Assembly: GCF_004010195.1 (NCBI RefSeq)
Contig: NC_057749.1
Span: 16,706,564-16,764,382, forward strand
Reading direction: 5' to 3'
DNA length: 57,819 nucleotides
DNA from: Chiloscyllium plagiosum
Lineage: Eukaryota
Under the pieces are notes generated by a model. It was not told the DNA's origin and searched no databases. It saw only the letters and a list, made by a program, of their open reading frames with translations. This document shows, piece by piece, positions 13,501 to 24,330 of the stretch. Within the stretch, counting starts at the first letter, position 1, and every line of letters starts with the position of its first letter. A program made the translations under genes and the position numbers.

Positions 13501-14061
13501 CAAAGGGGTTTGTGCTTTACCTAGTAACCAGCAGTTCATAGTTGCTTACCTGTATTGAGAATCCATTTATTTGCAATAAATAGTAATTCCTATTAAGTAC
13601 AGAAGTCCATGTTTGCTGTTCCCCTGGGTCTATAAAGATAAATTGAGGAATTTGTGTACTTTGAGAAAATCTTTACTTTTTGTAACAAAGCTCGAACAAA
13701 AGAGTTTGAACTTGAACATGCCACCCTTCGGCACCACCTTCGCTAGATGGAAGGGTGGAAACAGTCCTCAATTCTAAGATCCTAGCCCAGGCACTAATGT
13801 AACATGTTCTATTTTCTCCTACTTTACCAGTTACATTTTGTTTTCCCATTTCTTAGTTTTCATAATATTCAATAGTTCTGTGCAGTACAATTGGTTCTCT
13901 GGCTTAGGTTGCTCTAGCCCTTGACAGCCATCTAATTGAACTGGGTTGGTTTCAAATTTCATTTCTTTGGTGGAAGTACTTTTCTAGGCATCCATGCCTA
14001 TGCACAGGAAGAAAGAAAAATGGAATGGCCAATAATAAGATCACATCTTATTTGAAACTGA

Positions 14062-14460
14062 CCATATGCCCAACACAAGACACTCAAACAACTGCTCTTC
14101 TCAGTTCCGCAATGGTAAGCGATCACCAGAAAGGCAGAGGAAATGCTACAAGGACACCCTGAAGCAAATGCCACATCCCTACCAACACATGGGACCTGCT
14201 TCCCCTAGAATGCACAAATCAAAGAAGCATCAAAGGCACAACCAGTTTGAACATCACAAGGTGAAGCATACAGAGGCCAGGAGCAATTAGCACAAAGAGC
14301 ACCCAGAATCTAGAGCTTCCCACCTACCTATCTCCTCAAAACACCATCTGCCCCACCTCTGGCAAAGTGTGAAGCTCCAGGATTGGACTATTTAACCACA
14401 GGAAAACCCACTACCAGATCCCGGATTGGAAGTCATCCTCAACTCAGAGAATGCCCAAGA
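14062..14460 (+). mobile_element. RTE-clade LINE 3' fragment
   Basis: Decayed MP.TR..KQLL.SQ..NGKRSPERQRKCYKDTLK, then a degenerate C-terminal zinc-finger-like stretch (CPT.GKV..SRIGLFNHRKTH). Both are typical of RTE ORF ends. Confidence 0.7.
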
Positions 14461-14734
14461 CAATGAGAAAAAAAAAAAAATCGACAAAAGCAGGACCATT
14501 AAGACAGTGATGAGATTGATTTTGCAATATAGAAATTTAAAACAGATGCAGTTTAACATCAGTTAGGACTACTTAGAAAGGATTGCCATAAAAATTGCTT
14601 CTCGTGGAACACAAACTAGAATTGTGAATGAGTTACAGCAGAAACAGCTGAGATGCCTACTGTAAGCAAGGATACTGCTGTAAGAACTTAGAGTTAAATA
14701 CTGTGGATGCTGCAAACTTTAAATTAAGAAAAAG

Positions 14735-15152
14735 GTGTGGCGGCAATGGCACAGGACTAATAATCCAAAACCATTCCACTTGTTCCAGAAATGTGTAATA
14801 GCACCCCTGAACAGGTTGATTAAAAATGTGTAAAAATCTCCTGAACTTATGTTCTGCAGACATGAGCTCAAATCTGACCATTATAGATGGTGAAATTTGA
14901 ATTCAATAGTTTAAAAAAAAACTGGAACTAAGAATCTAGCCTAATGGCAATTTAGCCACTTAACTGTCGTTTTAAAAAAACAACATTCTGGTTCACTAAA
15001 TGTCCTGTAGGGAAAAAGAATCATCCATCCTAACCATTCTGGCCTACATGTGACTCCAGACTCAGTGATGTGGTTGACTTTTAACCACCTTCTGGCTAAT
15101 TAGGGATGGCAATAAATGGCGGGTTCAGCCAGTCACATGCACATCCCATGAA
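14735..15152 (+). mobile_element. Diverged tRNA-type SINE with L2/CR1-like 3' tail
   Basis: ggcctacatgtgactccaga...aattagggatggcaataaatgg...cacatcccatgaa. The tail resembles the LINE 3' ends at ~41640-41695 and ~37490-37540. Confidence 0.55.
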
Positions 15153-18100
15153 CAAACAGACAATGATGCGAATACTTGGTAGGTCTGCCAGCATCTGTGA
15201 AGACAGAAGCAGAGTTAAGCTTTCAGGTAAAGCACAGTTCTGAAGATCAGAAACATTAATCATATTGCTAAAAGTAACTGAAACAATATTCAGCATACAA
15301 ATTACACCGAATGTTAAGCTATAAAAATGAATAGCTTCTTTAGTATCATTTTAGACAATGTAAAATTTTTTAAAACTGATAATTTAGATACATGGCAGAC
15401 ATTTCATATAGCTAGTTGTTGAAAGAATTTAAGAAAATTAGGTAAATCACAATTGAAGAGTTTAAAATGCTGAAGATTTAGGAGAAAAAGGTACACATTC
15501 ATAAGGCATCTAAACTCAGGAAAAATTATTTTTAAAAACCACAGATAATAAATACATTTTGGTTTCAAATTTGTTGTTCTTGTCTAAAAAGTGCTTCTCC
15601 ACTGGATGGTGACTTAAAGAAGCTAACTAATGCATATTCAAGACACCATGCACCTAGCAACCAAATGGGCAACAATCAGCAGCCACTTTGCATTTATACT
15701 GCATGTGTCACATCATAATTTCCCAAAGCAGGTTACAGAACATCAAGCCCAAAGTACTGAGAAGTTACAAGAGTTACCAACAACACAGTCAAAGGAGGCA
15801 AGTAGTCCCTTCTTGGAGAACACAATGGAGAAGGAGGGGAAAGATTGGACTCAATTAAAAATAGATGCAACATTTTTGCTAACAAAAAGCCTCATCCAAA
15901 ATAAAATGCATTCTTCCAGCAAAAACTTGCAGTTAAAAACACTTGCTATTTTGAGGAACGTGTACACAGTTTTCATTAAAACACCTGCATGCAAAAATAT
16001 GCACAAAATGAAAAGTTAGCTTCAGAAGTAGTTTACTTTTCAAATTACACAGCAAAACCTTCTACTTGTTAATGTATCTAGCCACCCTTCTTGCACAATG
16101 GCATTAATGTAAAGCTATGTTACCGATATTTCACCCAGGAGGACTAAAAATGTCATCTGCCCTATCCTGATAATACATTATACAAAAAAAATTATACATA
16201 CCACATAACACTGTCAATAACAGGCATGAGAGATTTCTTCAGTGAAATTCAATATAATAACACTCAAAACAATTAAGTTAATTGACAGAAACAGGAATAA
16301 CTATCCACAAAAACGTCAAAATTACGTGAAAATCTTGATCACTTGAAAAAAATGTTTCATGAGCCTTTTGTATACATAAATAATTAATTCTACACTACAC
16401 ATAGAACTTGTTGAAACTAAGTAAATGAAACTTTAAATCTATATCTAACCATTCCTCCTGCGATGGTTCCTTACTTCCTAGGATACAGTTCCACAGCAGA
16501 TTCGCTCACTCAACTGGCCCAAAAGTGTAGTCAGAAAAATGTAAACTATTGAAACAGTGATTCGCCCACATTCACAATTACTCAGGACCAGAATGATCTT
16601 AGCCTTCCTATACAAAGGGATTAGGGATCATTGCAGCATTCCAACTTCATAATGTAGAAGTGATGCAGTTTTGTTTTTATAAAAGGTATTTCACCTGTGG
16701 CTCTGACCAAAGGCTACTTGCAATGAGTTATTGTGGCAACACTTCGACGAATGTTTAAGTCAATCCCCAAAATGTATTCTTAATGCACTCAACATGCAGA
16801 TATTGGATTGTGCACAAATTAACAAAAATCAACTGTAGCAAACAGTTGTTTATCAAAATACTTCCTTTAAAAAGATCCTGTTTGGGAATGAATCCACATC
16901 ATTTTTTGTTTTCCTGAAAGAAAATTTAACCTATTTTGTCTCCAAATTCAGCTAATCCTAAAGTAGCAATTTCTGAAATATTCAAGTCATTTTCTGCAAT
17001 GAGAGGTTTCAAGCCTAGCATCAGATTCAGCTACAATTTCCTCAATTTCTACTAATTTACTGATGGGACTTTAATCACAAAAGAATGAGAAAGAGAGCAT
17101 CCAGTGCAAAGCTTTCAGAGTTTTCTAATGCAGTATAAATCAAAAAGATTGAAATCAAACTTCTGTGAGTAACAATAAGATTACTGAAAGAATTTATTTT
17201 GCCTGCTATTTCAGGAACTTAAAATTCTGCACATCTTCAAGATGCACAAATTGATGATAACAAAGATTGTTAAGTTGTCTGAAGGCTGCTTTTTCAAATG
17301 AGTAAAGATCATTCTTCCTAAAGCTCAGAATATTTTCATTCAACTAAACTCTTATGATTTTAGAAAAACACTGATTGCAGAAGCACTATCCAATATATTA
17401 TCCACGTGTCTCAGCAATATGAAAAATGGCTAATTGCAGTTGTGATTGTTAATTAGAAAATGATTGCAATTTGTATGCTAGTAAATGTTTCACATGGAAT
17501 GCATAGAATGAGAGTTCTGAAAAGAAATGATTTCTTCATTAGTTACTACATATTTATTACTCTAAAATTATGTGGCAGAGTTGAATGCACAATTATCATG
17601 GAAGTACAGCAACATTCCATAGAGACAAGGGTGGTCAGCTTGCAAAGTCCAGGCCAGCAGAAGTCAATCAAATTAGTAACTAACAGCTCTAACCAAGCAA
17701 AGAAAGCCAAGGCAAAGGTGCAAACCCATTCTGGATGGAGAGTAGGCATGTAACTAGGGTATCTTATCATGTAAGTCAACATTCGCAACAATCTTATAGA
17801 GTTGAGTACTGTGTGAAGCTGCTGGATAAATACTTGCACCTTGGACTAGGATGTGCTGTGTCTGAAATTCACACCAGATTTGCAAATTTCAGTAACCTGG
17901 AAAGGCTGACAGATTTTTCACTGCATGCGTTAAGGTACTACTTAATTAAATACATAAATAAATAAAACAGCAAATAAAGTGTATTTACCAGAGCATAGAG
18001 AGCTTTCTACCAAATTATTGTGCATGGCTAAAATGGTGCTGCCATAGTCTATTAAATCATTGCTTCATTAACCACCCCGTAACATGAACATATAAGCCAT

Positions 18101-19962
18101 ATGCAGGCACACTATTAAATACTAGCATGGTTAGTCTGACATTTTCATGGACAATTTCAGGCCTCAATCCTGAATCACAGTGCAAGGACCTCTCGTGTCC
18201 CTTGAACTCCAATTACCATGGTAACTAACATTTGTGCGCACAGGGTTATTTCTTTCTGTACAAACTGTGGATAAACATTCCAAGCCCTGAACTCTAGGAA
18301 CTGAACGTTCCTGTAAGAGTAGAAAACACATACAAAAAGCTGTCTTTATTTTCCCCAGTTATTAGGGACACCAGTTTTGATTCACCTCAAAGTTGATTAT
18401 TTTTGTTTTAAACACCCCTCAGCATTTTCCCATCTATGGCATTCACATTTACAGCATCTCAACTAACCCCCTCAAGGAAAACTCAAATACAAAAACTGGT
18501 AACGTATAAATGGCAGTCTTTGGCTTGCAAATAACAATTGCCTGCAAACTTAAGCAACTGTTTATGATAGATGAACTGTACATCTTATCATTCTACATTT
18601 TTGCAAGTACTATCAAATGTAGTGAGGTTGGAGAATGTCCATGTATGGTTATGCTATTATGGACTTCCCCCTCTTATCTTTTATTGAATTACATTCTTGG
18701 TGTAAATCTATGCAGAATAGCTAAAGGAAATATAGAGCAAGGGAGATTTGGACATCAATGCATCATCTGCACATCCAGGTAAAAACCAATGCTTAAACCA
18801 TAGACATTCAGACTGTGAATTCTAGCAAAGCAGCAGAGACTCAGTTCAGCTCTTGAACTGCTCAGAATTATAGTCTCCAGGTGAAATAAAGCAAGGGAAG
18901 CAAAGTAGGTAAAGAAGAACTGGGCACAGACTGGATATGGTAGAAATGCAACTAATTTTATATTTTGAGTTAGTTGCGTCAAGAGAGGTCATGCCGCATG
19001 AAATTAGATAAACTGATGAAATATTTGCAAGTGATCAAATCACTTTAAAATTAGTATGGAAACAGAATGGACAGCACGAGGGGGTGGAGCAGAGAACACA
19101 AGGAGCACGAGAAGAGGGGAGGGAGACAAGAGGGGAGGAGAGGGGGCCAGGGGTCAGGAAGAGGAGGGAACAAACAAATGTCTGAAAAATGTGTGGGTCA
19201 AGAAAGTAGTTTCCTTCATTTTCCCACTCAGCTGTTAATTCTTGTAAACATGAAGGTTTTTGGGTAAAGAGACACTCCTACATGCAAATATTTCTGCTTT
19301 CTGACATGGATGACTCTTCAACTGAAGTGAATCAGGTTCTGCAAATTTTAAAGCACTTTTCCGCTCACCAAAAGCTTGGGAAAATATTGCAAACAGAAGC
19401 CAAGATTTGACAACAGAACATCTGTTTTCACACCCAGCACTCAAATACCCCATAGCAGCTCCAAAACAAACCAATTGATACAGAATTCCACGACCCGCCC
19501 CCCCCCCCCCCCCCTCTCAAACCCCCAACCTAAAACATACAAAATGACTTGCAATATAGCTTAACAAATACTCAGTCACGTTAAACATTACCACATTACT
19601 CTCTTGGCTCAAACTCTGAACTAAACAAACAGTTTCTCTTCATAAATAAACAGCTACAGTACTGTATGGCCTCCAAAAAACTACGTTTTTGCCCCTGCTA
19701 GCAAGATGTAAAATAAACTTCTGTACAAAAGGCCATAAAATTTTGAGGTGAATACAAAAAATCTTTTCCAGAGAAAGATAGATCACTAGCACTTATTAGT
19801 TGCAGCCAATCTTTCAGTCAGAAGTGAAAAATTGTGTTTATTGATACAAATTAAACTAGAAAAAAAAGCCAGTTTTTTCATATTTATCAATTAAGCATAT
19901 ATTGGAATCAGAAATTTGCAACTATGAAATGAAGTCTCTCAAGATACTAATTGAGCTTTCAC

Positions 19963-20266
19963 AGAGTCATAGAGATGTACAGCATGGAAACAGACCCTTC
20001 GGTCCAACCCATCCATGCCGACCAGATATCCAAACGCAATCTAGTCCCACCTGCCAGCACCCGGCCCATATTCCTCTAAACCCTTCCTACTCATATACCC
20101 ACCCAAATGCCTCTTAAATGTTGAAATTGTACCTGCCTCCACCACTTCCTCTGGCAGCTCATTCCATACATGTACCACGCTCTGCATGAAAAAGTTGCCC
20201 CTTAGGTGTCTTTTATATCTTTCGCCTCTCACCCTAAACCTATGCCCTCTAGTTCTGGACACCCCA
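19963..20266 (-). mobile_element. CR1-clade LINE 3' fragment
   Basis: SRTRGHRFRVRGERYKR.LRGNFF.Q.VVHVWNELPEEVVEAGTI.TFKRHL plus the 3' UTR. Confidence 0.9.
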
Positions 20267-20734
20267 ATGTTTAACATGTGACCAGAGATCGACTTAATCA
20301 TTCTTCTCTTCTATTTCAGTCCCTAATTCAAGGTATACAGAAGCTCTACACAAATATGACCTCTTGGATTGCGTTTTGCTTACTTGTCAGTTTTAACTTA
20401 TGTAGTTTTAGGGAAAAAAAGCACAATTTTCAAAGATGTTTCAACAACTAAACTCCAAGCCAAGAATCTCAATACTTTACCTCATAATTTTTACTATTAT
20501 AACCATAATTCTCAGAATTCAAATTTAATATGAAACATCGCAGCTTTAAGCCAGTTTAGTTTACAACTCAAAACATGTCTAACAAATCATAAATTATTTA
20601 TGGTTGAAAAGTGTGGCACTGGAAAAGCACAGCAGGTCAAGCAGCCTCGGAAGAGCAGAAGAATCAATGGTTTGAGCATAAGCCCTTTATCAGGAATGTG
20701 GAGGGGAAGGGGCTGAGGGATTAATAGTCAGGTT

Positions 20735-23500
20735 TTTTTATTCAGTTGTGGGTCATGGATGTCGCTGGCCAGCCAACACTAGTATCCCACACTTATTTGC
20801 TCGAGAAGGCTCTTGAATCACTGCAGTCCACTTGCTGTGGGTTGACCCACAATGCCGGTAGGGAGGGAATTCCAGGATTTTGACCCAAAGACTGTGAAGG
20901 AACAGCAGTATATTTCCAGTCAGGGCAGTGAATGGCTTGGAGGGGTACGTGCAAGTGGTGGTGTTCCAAGTGCTTGCTGCCCTTGTCCTAGATGGAAGTA
21001 GTCATGGGTTTGGAAATGTTGTCTAAGGAGCTTTGGTGCATTTCTGAAATGCATCTTGAGCATTGGTGGTGGAGAGATTGAATGTATGTCTATGTGGTGT
21101 CAATCAAGCAGGTTGCTTTGTCCTGGATGGTGTCGAGCTTCTTGAGTGTTGTTAGAGCTGCCCCCATCCAGGCAAGTATTCCATCACACTCCTGACTTGT
21201 TCCTTGGAGATGGTGGATAGACTTTAGGGTGTCAGGTGTTAAGTTACTCGCCACAGTATCCCTAGTCTCTGACTTGCTCTTGTAGCCACTGTGTTATGTG
21301 GCATGTCCAGTGGAGTTTCTGGTCAACAGCAACCCCAACGGTAACCCACTGTTGGAATTCATTGATGGTAATACTGTTGAATATCAAGGGATGGTGGTTA
21401 GCGTGTTTCTTATTGGTGACGGTCATTGTCTGGCATTGAAGTGGCACAAATGTTACTTGCCTCTTGTTGGCCCAAGCCTGGATATTGTCCAGATCTTGTT
21501 GCATTTGAGCTCGGTCTGCTTCAGTACCTGAGAAGTCACAAATGGTGCTGAACACTGTGCAATCATTGAACATCTCTACTGCTGATCTTACGACGGAGGG
21601 AAGGTCATTGATGAAGCAGCTGAAGATTGTTGGGCCTAGGACACTGCCCTGAGGGAATCCTGCAGAGATGTTCTGGAGCTCAGATGACTGACCCTCCACA
21701 ACCACAACCATCTTCCTTTGTACCAGGTACGACTAACCAGCAGAGCGTTTGCCCCAATACCCATTCCAGTTTTCAATGGTTCAATGCCATATGCGGTCAA
21801 ATGCCGCGTTGTTGTGAAAGGCTGTCACTCTCACCTTCCCTCTGGAATTCTTGCTCTTTTGTCCATATTTGAACCAAGGCTGTCATGAGATCAGGAGCTG
21901 AGTGACTCTGGTGAAATCCAAACTGGACGTCACTGAGCACGTGCTGCTTGATAGCACTGTTAATGACCCCTTCCATCACTTAATTGATAATGGAGAGTAG
22001 ACAGATTGGGCGATAATTGGCCAGGCTCGATTTGTCCTGCTTTTGTGTACAGGACATACCTGGGCAATTTTCCTTTGTCGGGTAGATGTTGGGCAACTGT
22101 ACTGGAAGAGCTTGGCTCGGGGAGCAGCAAGTTCGGGAGCACTATTGCTGGAACGTTATCAGGGCCCATTGCCTTTGCAGTATCCAATGCCTCCTGCTAT
22201 TTCTTGATATTATGTGGAGTGAATCAAATTGGTTGGAGGCCAGTATCTGTGATGCTGGGGACCACTGGAAGAGCCAGAGATGGATCATCCACTTGGAACG
22301 TCTGACTGAAGATTGTTGTGAATTCATCAGCCTTAGCTTTTGCACTGATGTGCTGAGCTCCTCCATTGTTGAGGATGGGGATTTTTATGGATATTTGTTG
22401 TTTAATTGTCTACCGCCTTTCACAACTGGATGTGGAAGGACCGCAGAGCTTAGATCTGATCCAATGGTTGTGGGATTGCTTTGCTCTGTCTATCACTTGC
22501 TGTTTATGCCATTTGGCACACAAAATTGGTAGCCTCATCAGGTTTACACCTCATTTTTAGGTATGCCTGATGCGTCTCTTGAACTCTCCAACGAACATGG
22601 GTTGATCCTCTGGCTTGATGGCAATGGCTGAGTGGGGGATATGCCAGGCCATGAGGTTGCAGGTTGTGCTGGAATACAGTTCTGCTGCTGTTGATGGCCC
22701 AAAGAGCCTCATGAATGCCCAATCTTGAGCTACTAGATTGGGACAGACTTCAAACCATTTAGGTAAAAACAATGACTGCAAATGCTGGAAACCAGATATC
22801 TGGATTAGTGGTCCTGGAAGAGCACAGCAGTTCAGGCAGCATCCGAGGAGCAGTAAAATCGACGTTTTGGGCAAAAGCCCTTCTTCAGGAATAAAGGCAG
22901 AGAACCTGAAGTGTGGAGAGATAAGCAAGAGGAGGGTAGGGATGGGGAGAAAGTAGCATAGAGTACAATAGGTGAGTGGGGGAGGGGATGAAGGTGATAG
23001 GTTGGGGGATGGGGGAAGAGTGGAGTGGATAGGTGGAAAGGAAGATAGGCAGGTAGGACAAGTCATGGGGACAGTGCTGAGCTGGAGGTTTGGAACTAGG
23101 GCGAGGTGGGGGAAGGGGAAATGAGGAAACTGTTGAAGTCTACATTGATGCCCTGGGGTTGAAGTGTTCTGAGGCAGAAGATGAGGCGTTCTTCCTCTAG
23201 GCGTCTGGTGGTGAGGGAGCGGCTGTGAAGGAGGCCCAGGATCTCCATGTCCTCGGCAGAGTGGGAGGGGGATTTAGCACAGTGATAGTGCAACACAACA
23301 CAATGGAGGTTATTCTCAATGTGAAGGCGGGACTTTGTCTCCACAAGGACAGTGTGATGGTCATTTCTACCTAAACTGTCATGGACAGATGCTTCTGCAG
23401 CCAGCAGATAAGTAAGGATGAAGTCAAGTATGTTTTTTCCCTCTTGTAGATTCCCTCAACACCTGCCCCCCCCCCCAGGGGGGCCTGCCACAGACCTAGT
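20735..23500 (-). mobile_element. L2/CR1-group LINE (decayed RT), interrupted by a PLE
   Basis: [20 protein letters not shown]...QQDLDNIQAWA; DTAKAMGPDNVPAIVL; MEGVINSAIKQH.LSD.QFGF.Q.HSAPDL.TALVQ.WTKE. Confidence 0.85.
22763..23271 (-). mobile_element. Penelope-like element 3' fragment (GIY-YIG C-terminus + pLTR)
   Basis: SHSAEDMEILGLLH..SLTTRRLEEERLIFCLRTLQPQGINVDF. ATTTAG duplication at 22757-22762 and 23272-23277. Confidence 0.85.
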
Positions 23501-24004
23501 GTAGTGGAGACGGGGGGTGGGGGGGGGGGAGGTAGCTGGGAAAGTGATAGTGGATGCAGGTGGGGGGTAATAATGATAGGTCAGTGGGGAGGATGGAGTA
23601 GATAGGTAGGAAGGAAAATGGACAGGTTGGTCAGGTCAAGGGGGCGGTGCAGAGTTGGTGGTTTGGATCTGCAATGTGGTGGTAGGGAGGGGAGATTTGG
23701 AAACTGGTGAAGTTAATGTTGATGCCGTGTCATTGAAGGGTACCAAGGTGGAAGATAAGGCACTTTTCCTCCAGTCATCAAGTGGCTTGAATGTGGCGGT
23801 AGAGGCAGCTCAGGACTTCTATAAACTTGTCAGTGTGGAATGGGGGAGTTGAAGTGGTTGGCCACAGGCCAGTGGGGTCATTTGCTTAGAGTGTGTCCTA
23901 GAAACGCTCTGTGATGTAGTGCCCTGTCTCCCCAATGTAGAGGAGACCACATCAAGAGCAACAGACACAGTAGATGTGCAGGAAAATCTCTGCCAGATGT
24001 GAAA

Positions 24005-24330
24005 AGATTAGATTAGACTAGATTAGATTCCTTACAGTGTGGAAACAGGCTCTTCGGCCCAACAAGCCCACACCGACCCTCTGAAGAGTAACCCACCTAG
24101 ACCCATTTCCCTCTGACGAATGCACCTAACACAATGGGCAATTTAGCATGGCCAATTCACCTGACATGCATATCTTTGGACTATGGGAGGAAACCCGAAG
24201 CACCTGGAGGAAACCCACGCAAACACAGCGAGAATGTCTGTATGGAGTTTGCAGTCGCCCGAGGCTGGAATCGAACCTGGATCCCAGGTGCTGTGAGGCA
24301 GCAGTGCTAACCACAGTCACCGTGACACCC
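24005..24330 (-). mobile_element. HE1-type V-SINE
   Basis: tRNA-derived head (GTGGTTAGCACTGCTGCCTCACAGC...GGTTCGATTCC), V-domain GGGTTTCCTCC.GGTGCT.CGG, HER1-like tail and (ATCTA)n end. Confidence 0.9.

Noticed and set aside
15630..16019. 129-aa + strand ORF, and the 124-aa ORF at 22-396 and 130-aa ORF at 53255-53647
   Set aside because: No recognisable domain, exon structure or codon signal; lengths are compatible with chance.
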